In this document: piece by piece, positions 39,720 through 52,443 of the stretch | Numbering within the stretch: the first letter of the stretch is position 1 | Layout: each line of letters begins with the position of its first letter | Assembly (NCBI GenBank): GCA_964187785.1 | Contig: OZ076412.1 | Coordinates: 80,354,001-80,418,000 of the forward strand | Direction of reading: 5' to 3' | Origin: Amphiscolops sp. MND2022 | Taxonomy: Eukaryota | DNA length: 64,000 bases | Position numbers and translations under genes: made by a program | Notes under the pieces: generated by a model | Databases searched by the model: none | Told to the model about the DNA's origin: nothing | The model's input: only the letters and a program-made list of their open reading frames with translations

Positions 39720-40389
39720 CAGTACTGTGATTAAGAAATCGTCCCACTATGCGCTAAGCGTCGTTATCAACCAATTAGAATTGCTTATTTGCTCTCACTT
39801 TCAATTGTGATTGGCGCATCAAGTGGAATCTCCGGCGCAGAAAGAACACTTCTGCTATTTTCCCAGTTTTAGGCAGGTTTTTGAAATATTTTTCTGAAAA
39901 TTTTAAATTAATCGAATTTTGCAGATTGTATAGAATTCAATGATATATTTTTTGTTTCAAAAACATTCTAAGTGGGAAAATAATCGCAGTTTTCCGCCGC
40001 GAAACGTTCATTTTCTAATTAATACATGTAAATCGACGAAATTTTACCTTTCGAGCATGATATTTCAAAAACGGTTGATAATTTTTGAAATCTAAAAATA
40101 CCCATAGATTCAGTAGATTTGTGCGAGTTATTTGAGCATAAAACTTGCCGAAAAATTGTCGATAAAACGGTCAAAAATTGGTAAAACGGAAAAAAGCCCC
40201 AAATTTGCTCAAAATCAGCTAATTGTAACTTTCTCAATTTTTGTCCCAGAAAAATTTAAAAAACACTAATGTAAACTAGATGAAATTCTAAGAAACTTTT
40301 ATTTCCTATGTTTTTCAAAATTCTCAACAGATTTCGAGAAAATCGAGCCTAAAATCGCCCCGGGGGACGTTTTCTTAATCACAGTACTG
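39720..40389. mobile_element. Tc1/mariner-type non-autonomous element
   Basis: TIR CAGTACTGTGATTAAGAAA.CGTCCC with TA flanks. Confidence 0.8.
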
Positions 40390-43300
40390 TATTTCAAATA
40401 TCGGAAGCGGAAAAAGAATCTATCGGTCGGTGTTTTTTTTACATATTTAAAAGCGAACAATTAGGATTGTAGGTCAGTAGTTCTGGAGAGATGTCTGAGT
40501 ATTTTCGAGGAAAATGCTCAAAATCTACAAGTTTTTCCTGTATTTTTTCATATTTTGAAATCTATGAATAATTTTAAAACGGATTGTTTCGATGAATCAT
40601 TTAATCCGTGAAATAAAGTAGAAAAATATGCTTCAGCAAAAATTGTTTTAGTATTGTTGAATGTAATCTCTTATGTTGAAAGTCTTTTGCTATCAGAAAC
40701 AAGCCGGAAACGGTCCAAGTCGGCGCCCCGCTCAAGGTTCAAAAAAGTAGTTTTTTACATATGGAAAAGTACACTTCTGTTAAAAGTTCACCAATTTGAC
40801 AGTGCCAAATTATACCTCAAGGGATACGCATAAGACTCAAAAACCACTCTTTCCGCAACTGGAGACAACAACACCTCTCAAAAAACTAAAAATTGAGAAA
40901 AAAAATCCGATTTTTTTTCGAATTTTTTTGAAATCTCCGGTACGTCACATAGTGCCAAAAAGTGTAAAAGGGGGGAGGGACCCTTTGGGATTTTTTGAAC
41001 ATCCATTCTGTAGCAATATATCATAAATTGAAGGAGGACCCTTTGGAGACATTAAAAAAATTTGCGAAAAAAGTCTCACAAAGCCGAAATTACCTGCACA
41101 AAAAAGATTTGGTCAAGGGTGGGACTCGAACCCACGCCCTTCTGCTTCGAAGACCTCAAAAAATCCTGATTGACCTCTATGTCAAGTGGCAGTAGAAGTT
41201 ACGAGTTTAGTGTGGCAGTTATTGGAAGCAACAGCTTACAAAGCTTATAAAATCTGTCACCTCGCTGGTCTTAAAAAAGCCAATGCTATATTAGTCTGCG
41301 TTTTCTACGAAAAGCGCCGACTAAAAACTACAATTCTTTTAACTTGTTCAAAATATTTTCCAAAAGGGTCACCCTTCGGATTTTTTGCCTTTGTGTGTTT
41401 TTGGAAAAATTTTTTTTGGTTCCGAATTACAAAACTACATAATTTTTTTCGGCACTGTGCGACTTTTTTGAAAAATGTTTCATTTCATGAAGGGTTCTTT
41501 CTTTTTGATGCTTTCAGTTCGAAGATTTTTCGAAGTTTTCAAGAACAGTTCTTCAACGATTTTAAGAACATTGTGTTTTTGAGTTTTGAACAGGGCGCCC
41601 ATTTATAATCTCCTCGGCTTGTTTGTATAAGTACAGATCATTTATTTTGAGACATTGTTTTTGGAATAACTTGGAAAACCAACTAGCGAACTGTTTGTTC
41701 GATAGTTTCATGTTTCATGGCCTTTTTAATGTTTGTGAAACAGTTGTTTAGTTGTGCAAAGCTATACAGGCATTTAGCTCTGTGTATCTACTAGAAGCGG
41801 CGTAGATTCAAACTTGACCGTTTAATAAAGCACAATGCAGTGGATAAGCGCAAAAAAAATAAGACGAAGTCGGGAAAAGTTTCATTCCGGAACACTCAAC
41901 AGCTGTTAATTGCAAGTTGTGGTCTCTTTCACATCTAACTCTTCGTCATTTGAGGATGCAGAAATTTAGTTTGAATCTATGCCTGTATACCAGACCTTGG
42001 AAAATGTTGATTGCAATACTATTAATGCTGAACAAGACGGGAACGTCTAAAGTCGGCGCTATATCTAAAGCTCAAAAAGCGCAGTTTTTAAAATATGCGT
42101 AGGATGTTTTCATGAAAAACTGTTTTCTTTTCAAAGCTCCGGCTTAATAAAACGCATTATATTTCGGAAATAACGTCAAAAGTTCGGATATAGCGCTGTA
42201 ATTCGGATATTACGAGGGGGCAACTTCAATAAATACGAAGGGGGACCATTTGGAGAAAAATCGAGAAAAGTCGCACAGTGTCGGAAAAAATTAAATTGCG
42301 GCCTTTAGTCTCGTCCGGTTTTGTGTTACGTTTAAAAAGTAAAAAAGAAAGGGGGACCCTTTACAATAATTCAGATGCGTTTCCCAGGTGTTCGTTTAGT
42401 TGAACAAAGGTATTCTTAAAGCGCCGATTGAAGATGAGTTATTTTTGCAGCTTTAATCTCAAAATGAAATATTGCAATAATTTTTCAACATTAAACCATT
42501 GTTCAAAGACTGAATTCAACTTCAAGTTGAATCAATTATGAAGCAACAGTCTAAGAACCAGTAAAATATTTGATCAAATAAGAATTGATACCAATAATTG
42601 GTATTGGCTATTGACGCCAATAAGTTATCAGTTGAGTAACTATTGTAGTTATTTTCGATTCAAATTTTTTGTCAAGGTCTGGTGTATACAGGTTTTCTAC
42701 TACTTATCTCATTACTTTTCATCCAGCTTTTCATCAGCCCCGTTTCTAAATTAATCAGACTTTCGTATATGGTGAAATAGTTTTTGATGCTCTGGTTGTG
42801 TAGAAGATACAGCTGAAACTCTGTAGGGGTGTATTTAAGTCTGTATGTTGTGTTCATGCCACCATTCAAATCGAGAACTTTTACACAGTCAAGCTGTCAC
42901 ATGCATAAAAACTTGATCGATGTTTCGGCTTCATTTTATAGAACGAACTCACTCAAGTTTGACTTTTTCACTCGATTGAACAAGACTGTCTGTTTAAGCA
43001 ACGACACAAATAAATTATTGAGTAATAAGAGAAAGGTTTTTCCATTCACTTCAAGTAACAGGTGCCGAATTCCTCTCCTCAACAACAGATGATTATTTAT
43101 TCAAGTTTTAAAGTCGTTTTTATCTTTTTTTCCATTAGCAACTTGAGTTATATAGAAAAAGTTTGCCATTATTAATTGTTTACAGCATTGTTTATAGAAT
43201 TAAATGGTTGATTTCATTGCGTTATTTCGTTAAAGTTCGTTATTTGAAAATTTTCCTTATTCTCTTTCCTTTGTCGAATTCCTGTAATCACAAAAATCGA

Positions 43301-45470
43301 GCACCTCCTGTCGTTGCGTCTAGACAAAGATTCCCCTGCTTTTTACACCAATCTTGTCTGTTTCTCGCAGATCAGTGAATTACTTATTTATTGTTAGTTT
43401 TTTGGACAGATCCTGTAAGAAACTCGGAAACCTACCCTTGTTGAATCTGCTGAGAAAGTTTTTCATGTTGCTTCTGTGAATGCAGGGCCAAAATATTTTT
43501 ACAGAACATGGAAAATTCCGGGAGTCTGCTTGGAAATACTGTGTGGTATTACTTGATGCAGCTTCCACTACTTATATTGAGACTGAAACTATTTCCACTT
43601 TTTCACGAGCACATTGTCTTTACACGTTAATTTCTCGAAAACGCTTATGTAATCACTGAAGGTCAAATTGTACGGTAAATATGACGCTGGTAGCCGTGAT
43701 TTAGGCCGAACAGGATTATATCCGATTGAGATCATAACCGAATCTACATGCATTAACTTCATTTCTGACTGCTTTTAATTGTTACATAATAGTTACGAAA
43801 CTGAAGCTTGAGTTGCTTGGCCAGTTACAATCGAGAATTCCATCTTATTCAGCTGTGAAAAATATTCGTCTTTAAACCCGTTCGGCTATAAGCCATACCA
43901 CCTATGACGCTACTTTGAAATCTATAAAGTGACTGAAGTTTATTTTCATTAAAATGGCGTCAAAATAGGCTCAGCTGCTTTCCAAATTAGAACGGCTTCT
44001 TAATGAAACCTGCAAAACTTCGTGACTGTGAATTGCCTTCTAATTTACATCTTATAAGCAGCCTGATAAAGTTCAATAGAATCAGTGAAATTTTGGCGCA
44101 TAGAAGTTTCTTGGAGAGATCTATAAACCATGAAAAATATGCCTGGCAGCCTACAAAAATGTCTACGAAAAGTTCAAGCAGTTTCAACAAGGGATGTCAG
44201 AAAATTTGAATAGTTGTTACTATTAATTCGATGATAATTTCACTTGGTCGCTTTACTGAAGGGGGATTAAATTGATGGGTGATTTACGAAAAAGATTCTA
44301 AAAGTGGATTCCCAAGTAACATAAGAGCAAATAACAAAAAATAAATTAGTTTCAAATAACATAAGACGAGAACGTCTAAAGTCGGCGCTATATCTAAGGC
44401 TCAAATAGCGCAAAGTTTTTTTTAATATGCCCAGGACGTATTCACGAAAAGCTTTGAAAACAGTTTCGAGACACCCAAAGTATGCCTTTCATGCTCGATA
44501 TGACTGGGAAATCACTTTTCCCCGACTGGGAACAAAAAAAATTTTGAAAAAAAGACCGTACGTTTTTCTTTCGAAAAATGTTACAGAGTACCGAAAAATG
44601 TAAAAGGGGGGACCCTTTGGGATTCGTTAACATACATTCTGTTGCAAAATATCAAAAGACTCGCAGGAGGGACTCTTTTGAGACATTAAAAAAATTTCGC
44701 ACAGTGCCGAAAAAAATTGAAAGGGTCTCGTCCGATTTTGTAGGTTACGTAAAAAAGGTAGAAAATGAAAGGGGGACCCTTTGCAATAAGGTTGCATTGG
44801 TCGGAATTGGCCTGAGTAGTTTTTCTGTAAAAAGTGGTACATACACGATGATGTCTGTGGTCTGACGAAAAAAAACTAGCCACTGTAATAGCCGGGCTCT
44901 TTTCACTAGAAAAGCGCCGACTAAAAAGGTCACTGCTATAGTCGGGCATTTTTCCTTAAAATGAAAACGCGCCGACTAAAAATGAAATGAGGTTCACTAA
45001 ACATAAAAATAAACTTGTTTACGAAAATGTTTTAGTGGTCAAAAACATTCACATTTCAAAAGATTCACGGAAAAAAGTATGAAAATAACAGATAAAATTC
45101 CCTGACTTCGATTTTTTAGCCGGGTATTCAGTTTTATTTCTATGTTATATGGAACTATTTTCATTTTTTCGTTAACTGGGACTAATTTAGTTTTTATGTT
45201 ATTTGCTCTTGTGTTATTTGGTACGTAATCAAAAAAATCGGGAACAAAAAACTGAGGCACGATAATGAAATGTTATCTGAGGACCAAAAAGTCTATCCTA
45301 GTAATTCGAGGCCCAAAACCTAAACAAACAAAAGAGTGAATGAATTATTTACTGATTAAGCAAATAGTAAAATTAATAATAGGCATTGTTGCAGTTTCAA
45401 TTTTGACAGAAATATTAAAGCACTGTGGGAGAATTGACAAAAAAGATCCGCAATTGTTATAACTCTGTAG

Positions 45471-45810
45471 GGTCTGTGGCTGGGTCAGGCGTTGTTGGAC
45501 GCCAAGTTCCTCACTCCCCTGAACAAGAAGAACACGGAGTTCAAAGCCTCGCCCCACGTGTTCTACCGCAGTGGGGGGGAGAATGCGTTCGTGACGTCAT
45601 CCTTCTCCACCAGCAGCAACAGCGTGTTCGGCAGCATCTCCGGAGCCCCCGGCGGGCAGGATGGGTCCATGCAACAGCACCAGGGAGAACCAGTCTGGGT
45701 GCAGCACGTGCTGCATGACACGTCCTCCGAGGAATCAGACAAGTCCGAGTTGTTGGGAACGTCTACCCGAGTGAGAGATCTCAGCGAATCTTTTTCCACC
45801 AGATACTCAG
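45471..45810 (+). CDS. PIKFYVE: PIKfyve exon (DEP C-terminal half plus Ser-rich linker)
   Basis: GLWLGQALLDAKFL...F...VFYR completes the DEP domain; acceptor tgtag|, donor CAG|GTACGT. Confidence 0.85.
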
Positions 45811-46262
45811 GTACGTTCCATGACATCATGACATTTCGTCCCATGCAATTTCAGCCGTTGCCATTGTTCTAATTCGACTTTGTTATAAAAAATTAGAAAT
45901 TGTTTCTAAGATCTTCATTTTACCAACTTGACGTTAATAGCAAAACTAATAACTATGATTCTAGCAAAAGCTAATCTATCATACATAATATGTTTCAACA
46001 TATGGAATCAGTTATGGTTTTGTTGCTAAATGACGAAGTAACAAAATATACGAAAGTAGTTGACTGAAGTTGTAGATACGAAAAGTTATTAGACTAACGC
46101 ATCCGAAAACAATTTATGACGAAAATTACAAAAACAGCATCGCGATACATTGTGAACAAGACGGGTACGTCTAAAGTTTTTAAAATTTGAGCTTTTTGAA
46201 AGTCCAGTTTGTTGCAAAATATCGAAAAAAATGAAAGGGAGAAAAAATGACCCTTTGGAGAC

Positions 46263-46394
46263 TGGTTTGAGTAAAGCAACTTGAATGAAGAGTCGAATTG
46301 AGAAAGAGTGAACAAACTAGAAAAAAGGTAGAAATAGAAGTCAATGAAAGTTTGAGTTTCAGAGCATGAAGTTTTGGAGTTTTTACTGTCAACA
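46263..46394 (-). repeat. 3' LTR
   Basis: 131/132 identical to 53069-53200. Confidence 0.9.
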
Positions 46395-46931
46395 TATACC
46401 GGCCCCTTGAACGGGTTCAACAGCTTGGTGCAGGTCCTGCAAACATACAGGGTACAAAGTAGCATTTGTATGACTTAGTGAAAAAAAGGCATTTTTTTGA
46501 AAAAAAAAGAATTTATACTAAGCTTTGGTTAAGTTGACTAGTTGACACGACGGGTATCCATACCAAGTTCCAATTGAAGAGCAGTAGAGACAAAAAACAA
46601 GACCCAGTACCCATAATATAACACAAATACAAAATAAACAAAAACGAAACGGCGTAACGAAGAAGGACGGGACTGGGTGTAAACGTTTTTGGAAGAACCA
46701 AAAAACAAGCTCATTTAAATAATGAAAAATGTTTTACAGGGAATTTATACAATTACTTTGTTTGATGAAAATCTGTTAATGATGTTGTTGAATGGTTTGG
46801 TTGCGATAAGGAGGTAAATGAAAACTGTATGTAGGATTGTTATCTTTATCTTTAGTTTTTATCTTCGGGTCTTTGTTGTTAACTTTGATACTGATCCAAT
46901 GCTGCAAGTTTCTTTTTCGTTGATGACTTTG

Positions 46932-48115
46932 TTACTTGTTGATTTCTTGGTTGGTTCCATGGGATACTTCTGCCGGAAGGAATAATGATAGCCGATGGAC
47001 TGGCCGCACGTATGATCCTCTTCGGGTCCGGATCTCAACAACGCGGGCGATTTGGTCATTCCCATCAAAAACTTTGATGACTTTAGCCATCGGCCACATC
47101 ATTGGTGACGTGTTGTCATCCTTCAAGAAAACGATGTCTCCAATTTGTAGGTTTTCTTGTTCCGCTGTCCACTTAGTTCGCTGTTGAAGAGTTGTGAGAT
47201 ATTCTGAGGACCATCGTTTCCAGAAAAAATTCATTGCTTGCTGGCGTTGTTGGAATCTTCTGATGAGTGTGAGGTCTGCTTTGTCGGGTGGGTCAGAGTC
47301 TGGAACTGTTAGCAGTGGTCGTCCAATTAGGAAGTGTGCAGGTGTTAGTGTTTGAAAGTCGTTTGGGTCATTGGATGGTGAAGTTAATGGACGAGAATTC
47401 ATAATGGCTTCGATTTGTGTCAGTAATGTCGTTAATTCTTCTAGAGGTAGAGTTGTCTTGCCTGTGGTTTTCAGAAAGTGTCGTTTGAAAGATTTAACGG
47501 CTGCTTCCCAAAGACCACCGAAATGGGGTGAACGTGGTGGGATTGTGAGCCATTGGATCTTGTGATAGGCAGTGAAAGGTTCAAGGGACTCGGTTTTTGT
47601 TCTGCTAACATCCGTTGTATTTCGAGTTCAGCGTGTGTTCCTGTAAAGGTGCGAGAATTGTCATTGTAGATGGCACTTGGTAGTCCGCGGCGAGCGAAAA
47701 AACGTTGTAGGGTAGAAATGCAGGCTTCTTTGGTGAGTGAGTTGACAAGTTCTAGATGAACTGCTTTCGTTGAGAAACAGATGAAAATTGCGACGTAGGT
47801 CTTTACTGTTTTTGTTGTGATTGGGCCGCAATAGTCTAGCCCGATGTGGCTAAAAGGTGTTGAAGGAGAAATACGTTCTTGCGGTAAGTCTCCCATTTGA
47901 GGTTGACGTTGACGGCTGTTGAAGCGTGCGCATTGGGGACATTTTCGAATGATGGATTGGATAAGCCGAGTCACGTTCGGTATCCACACTGTTTGTCGTA
48001 GAGTTGACAATGTTAATTGCCAACCTCCGTGAAAGCATTGTAGGTGTGTTTCGCGGATTAGAGCTGCGTTGATAATCGATCGTCGGGGTACAATAATTGG
48101 GAATTTGAAATCCAT
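46932..48115 (-). pseudogene. BEL/Pao integrase and C-terminal domain (frameshifted fragments)
   Basis: H...HGG...C..C zinc finger, GLDYCGP, KAVHLELV, NDNSRTF, MNSRPL, LTPAHFLIG and FWKRWSSEYL, spread over three frames. Confidence 0.9.
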
Positions 48116-51100
48116 ATGATACCTGTTGCTGTTGGCGAGACGTCCACCAACTCGAAGGATTTGTTTCTCTTCGTCAAAAAAGGAGCAAGGGCCCTAAGTG
48201 TGCTTTTGCGGGGCAAGCTTTTGTTTTGTTTGAGGACTTCAAATTCTGTGAGGTGCTGTTTTTGAAATGTTCGGAAAATTAGTAGTCTTGCTTCTTCAAT
48301 TTCGACGGCGGAAAGGGTGGCTGTCCCTTGCATGTTGTGTAATGCGTGTCTTTTTCTTCTTTCTTCTGTCGGTTTCTTGTTTTGTTTCACATTTGAAACA
48401 AACCTGAGGACAAAACCGAAAACCTTGACGAGCTTCTTGAAACTCGAGAATTTGTTGGCTGCAACAAGTATCGCATTGTCGGCATCAGTGTATTCTCTGG
48501 AGGTGCGATTCGACTTGTGTGATTGTGATGAGTTCTCCGGATGTGGCTGTGGTTCTTCTTCTTCTTCTTCTTCTTGTTCTTCTTCTTCTTCTTCTTCGTC
48601 TTCTTCTTCTTGTTCTTCTTCTTCTTCTTGATCATCTGCTTGTTCTTTCGGTTCTTCTTCTTCTGGTGCTTTTGCTGTTGCTGCTGTTTCTTCTTTGTTG
48701 TGGTTCAGGATTGCTTGTTTACGGACTGGCAGGTAAACAAGGCTTTGTTGTTTCTGGGTTGTGTCGTCGTGAGTGTTAATACTCACAAGTTTTCTGTAGT
48801 CAAGCTGAACAGAGTTGTTCAACCTTTTAGCTTCTTTTAGACTTTCTTCTGGCAAAGCAATGTCGATTTGAGGCCACGCTGAAGCTGGCATGCGCAGCCA
48901 CTCAGGTCCTTGCCACCACAGATGGTGACTTTGAAGTTTTCGAGGCGACATTCCTCTGCTGGCACAGTCGGCTGGATTGGATTCAGTGGGAACATGGTTC
49001 CAGTTTTCTGCCGAGACTGACTTTTGAATCTTCGCTACGCGATTAGCAACGAAGGTTTTCCAACGACTCGGATGATTTTTTATCCAAGCCAGTGTGATTT
49101 TAGAATCAGTCCAAGCGAAAACTTTGAGGTTGGGAAATCGTTCGTCATCCAAGGCAATTCTGATCGATTGAACAAGTTGCGCTCCCAAAAGAGCTGCACA
49201 GAGCTCTAATCGAGGAACACAAAGTGTTTTGATTGGTGCCACTCGTGTTTTAGCTACGAGAAGCTGGCTTTGAAAGTGTCCTTGGCTGACGGGTTGGCGA
49301 ATATAGACAACTCCGGCGTAAGCAGTTGTAGAGGCGTCACAAAAGCAATGGAGTTGAAGTGGGTTTTTGGAAGGTTCATTCTTATCGAGAATGAATCTCG
49401 GGGTGTCGATATCTTCGATTGACTTTAGATCGCGACTGAGATGTTTGTATTGTTGTAAGAGGTTGTGATTCAATGGTTGATCCCAAGACAAATTATCCAA
49501 CCAAAGTGCTTGAATGAACGACTTCAATTGGATGACAATTGGTGAAAGGAGACCCAACGGGTCAAAGATGCGGGTGACTTCGGAGAGTATTTGTCGTTTC
49601 GTTTGTGGGGCTTTATCGGCCGGTTCCACGTTGAATGTGAAGATGTCTTGCTTCGGTTTCCAGACGACACCAAGAGTTTTGATGAAATACTCTTCAGACT
49701 CGATGTGTCTGGTGTCGGCTGATTCTCGATACGTTTCGGGAAGGCGTTCAACGAGTGAAAGATCACTCGATGACCACTTGCGTAGATGGAAACCAGCGTT
49801 AGCTAGGTGTTTGATGAGGGTATCTTGCAGTAGTTCAGCTTCTTCTTTGGAGGCGGTTCCGGTTAATAGATCGTCGACGTACATGTCCGATTTGAGCGCA
49901 AGGGCGGCGATGGGGTGCTGTGTTGTTTCGGCTAACTCGAACAAGGGTCGTATGGCATTGAAACCAGCTGATGTCACACCGTAAGTATTTCGAGTCATGC
50001 GGTAATATTCTAGAGTTGATGATGGTGTTTCTTTCCAAAGTATTCTGTGGAAATCTTTGTCTTCTTTGTCGAGAAGTACCTGGCGGTACATTTTGGCAAT
50101 GTCGGCTGACAAAGCCACCTTGTGAAATCTGAACCTGATCAAGATCTCGAAGAGATCCCTTTGGATCTTCGGACCAATCATGAGGTTATCGTTTAATGAG
50201 ACTCCGGAGGTTGTTTTCGCCGAGGCGTCCAAAACCACACGAAGTTTGGTTGTTGTGCTGGATTCCTTGAGAACACAGTGGTGTGGCAGGTAGAATGACT
50301 TGCTGGTTGCGATTGGAATTTCAGACTCCGGGATTTTCTCCAGACGTTTTGCTTGCTGAAAAGAGTCACCAAGGGGTATGGCGTCTTCTTTGAAAGGTAG
50401 TTTGACAATGAATAGTCCATCTTCATTCCGGGTTGTGGTTAGTTGAAAGTGTTGTTCGCATGCTTGTTCTTCTTTAGTGAAATGATGGCTTTGAGGAAGA
50501 TCTTCAATCTCCCAAAACTTCTTGAGGGTTTCTTCTTCGGCAATCGAATTAAATGAGCTAAGGCAGGTTGTGAGGGTTTGAATTGACACTGAAGGCGAAC
50601 CTCCAATGACAACCCACCCAAACAACGAATCACGGTATGTTACATTGTTGTTTTCCTTGATCCGTGCATCCAACATGATGGTTTCATAAAGTTCAGCTCC
50701 AATGAGCATGTCGATTCCAGAAGGTGTGTTGAATGTCGGATCGGCGAGCTTGAGGTTTGGAAGATGTTTGAAAGACGAAGTGGAAATCTTGCATGAGCTC
50801 AAGATATTGGTGAGCTTTGACATTACAAAGGCTCTCACTGGAATAGCTGCTGCTCTTTTCGGGGTGATAAGGAAGTCTGTGGTTCCGCGATGTTGTAGCT
50901 CATCCTTGGCGCCCAGACCAAAGATGCGCACTTGTTTTCTCACTGGAAGACCTAGTCGTGTGACTAGATTCTCAGTGATGAGGTTACTTTGGGAACCTGA
51001 ATCGAGAAGTGCTCGGCAAAGTGTGGTTTCACCGTTTACTAAGACGGGTATCATGGCTGTTTGCAAGAAGACTGTTCCGGTTGTTTGAGGAGAAAGCGAA

Positions 51101-52443
51101 GTAGCTGTGAACTGTTCTGGTGGCGGTGATTCCGTATTAGTTGTTTTTTCTGATTCATTGTTCCGATTGTTATCCCCAACTGTACTGTTGACAGAACGTG
51201 TTTGTCGTGGTGATTGTAGATGAAGTAGAGTGTGGTGCTTCAGGTTGCAATTTTTACAGGTCGATCCTCTGCATTCTTGTTGTCGGTGACCTGCTCGCAA
51301 GCAGTTGAAGCAAAGTTTCTTCATTTTCACGAATTCAGCTCGATTTGGGACTGAAAGTTGCTTGAATTTTGGGCAGAGATGTAATTTGTGAGTGCCATTG
51401 CAACACTCGCAATTGATTTCGTTAGTCGTCGTATTGGTATTGTAATTCCGTTGTGAGGAGTGCGATTGTTGGTTGTTGTTTCGACGAGTTGTAAAGCGAT
51501 GCTGTGATGAAATAGTTGGCGCTGAGAGTGTTGATGCTTCTAGAGCCAAGCATCGAGTTTCCAGGAATTTTTTCAAGTCGTTGTAAGTTTGAGGATCCGT
51601 TCCAGGCGTTGAGAGCTCCCAAAACTTCCTCGTGTCAGCAGGGAGTTTTTCGGTGACGAGGTATACAAGAAAGATATCTTGCTGGTCGACTGGTTGACCC
51701 ATGTTCTCCAAGGCCAATCGATGTTCTTCCACGGTTTCTACAAGTTGACGAAGATCTTTAGCGGTTTCGTTGGTAAGCTGTTTCTGTGTAGATATGGCAT
51801 GTACATGGGCGCGCAAGATCATGCGGTTGTTTTGGTAGCGGTCTCGCAACATCTTCATGGCGACAGAGTAATTAGCGTCAGTGATTGTTACCGATGCTAG
51901 AAGCTTTGCTGCATCGCCTTTCAAAGATGCTTTGAGATACTGTAGCTTCTGGCTGTTCTGCAGGGTGCCGTTGTTGTGAACTGCTCCAGTGAACAAGTCG
52001 AAGAATGAGGTCCACGAGAGATAATCTCCTGAAAAGGTTGGCAGATCCAATTTTGGCAACATCGCTGTAGTTAATGGGGGTGTGCTTCTTGTAATTGTTG
52101 ATGATGTTGATGTTGTTCCACGTACAGCTGGTGTGATGCTTTTGACGAATCGGTCTATCTGGTCTAGCTGTTGAACTAGTTTATCGTCAAACTCTTCAGA
52201 TTGCAGGATGTCGGTTTCCAAGACTTCTTCGTTGTCGAATTTTGATTGAATTTGTAGATTGCGGTCGTTTAGGAAGGTTTGTTTTCTTGAGAGATTTTTG
52301 TGTAGTTGTTCGAGCCGGATAACTGCATCGGCGATGCTTACAGAGCGCGTTGGCAGAATTAGGGATTCTGCTTCTGTCCAGTATTTAGTGGCAACTGACT
52401 TGTGGGAAGCACGGCTTTTCTTTTGCATTTCTATCTCTGTCAT
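48058..52443 (-). CDS. BEL/Pao Gag-Pol (Gag with Cys/His knuckles, aspartic protease, RT, RNase H); frameshifted near 48180
   Basis: LPKLDLPTFSG, CFNCLRAGH..C...C..C...HHTLLH, LLDSGS, YLPHH, ADIAKMYRQ, YVDDLL, FCDAS. Confidence 0.93.
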   Translation of the reverse strand: MTEIEMQKKSRASHKSVATKYWTEAESLILPTRSVSIADAVIRLEQLHKNLSRKQTFLNDRNLQIQSKFDNEEVLETDILQSEEFDDKLVQQLDQIDRFVKSITPAVRGTTSTSSTITRSTPPLTTAMLPKLDLPTFSGDYLSWTSFFDLFTGAVHNNGTLQNSQKLQYLKASLKGDAAKLLASVTITDANYSVAMKMLRDRYQNNRMILRAHVHAISTQKQLTNETAKDLRQLVETVEEHRLALENMGQPVDQQDIFLVYLVTEKLPADTRKFWELSTPGTDPQTYNDLKKFLETRCLALEASTLSAPTISSQHRFTTRRNNNQQSHSSQRNYNTNTTTNEINCECCNGTHKLHLCPKFKQLSVPNRAEFVKMKKLCFNCLRAGHRQQECRGSTCKNCNLKHHTLLHLQSPRQTRSVNSTVGDNNRNNESEKTTNTESPPPEQFTATSLSPQTTGTVFLQTAMIPVLVNGETTLCRALLDSGSQSNLITENLVTRLGLPVRKQVRIFGLGAKDELQHRGTTDFLITPKRAAAIPVRAFVMSKLTNILSSCKISTSSFKHLPNLKLADPTFNTPSGIDMLIGAELYETIMLDARIKENNNVTYRDSLFGWVVIGGSPSVSIQTLTTCLSSFNSIAEEETLKKFWEIEDLPQSHHFTKEEQACEQHFQLTTTRNEDGLFIVKLPFKEDAIPLGDSFQQAKRLEKIPESEIPIATSKSFYLPHHCVLKESSTTTKLRVVLDASAKTTSGVSLNDNLMIGPKIQRDLFEILIRFRFHKVALSADIAKMYRQVLLDKEDKDFHRILWKETPSSTLEYYRMTRNTYGVTSAGFNAIRPLFELAETTQHPIAALALKSDMYVDDLLTGTASKEEAELLQDTLIKHLANAGFHLRKWSSSDLSLVERLPETYRESADTRHIESEEYFIKTLGVVWKPKQDIFTFNVEPADKAPQTKRQILSEVTRIFDPLGLLSPIVIQLKSFIQALWLDNLSWDQPLNHNLLQQYKHLSRDLKSIEDIDTPRFILDKNEPSKNPLQLHCFCDASTTAYAGVVYIRQPVSQGHFQSQLLVAKTRVAPIKTLCVPRLELCAALLGAQLVQSIRIALDDERFPNLKVFAWTDSKITLAWIKNHPSRWKTFVANRVAKIQKSVSAENWNHVPTESNPADCASRGMSPRKLQSHHLWWQGPEWLRMPASAWPQIDIALPEESLKEAKRLNNSVQLDYRKLVSINTHDDTTQKQQSLVYLPVRKQAILNHNKEETAATAKAPEEEEPKEQADDQEEEEEQEEEDEEEEEEEQEEEEEEEPQPHPENSSQSHKSNRTSREYTDADNAILVAANKFSSFKKLVKVFGFVLRFVSNVKQNKKPTEERRKRHALHNMQGTATLSAVEIEEARLLIFRTFQKQHLTEFEVLKQNKSLPRKSTLRALAPFLTKRNKSFELVDVSPTATGIIWISNSQLLYPDDRLSTQL

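Noticed and set aside
48317..48840. Poly-Ser, poly-Leu, poly-Phe and poly-Lys ORFs
   Set aside because: These are alternative frames of the GAA tract encoding poly-Glu in BEL Pol.
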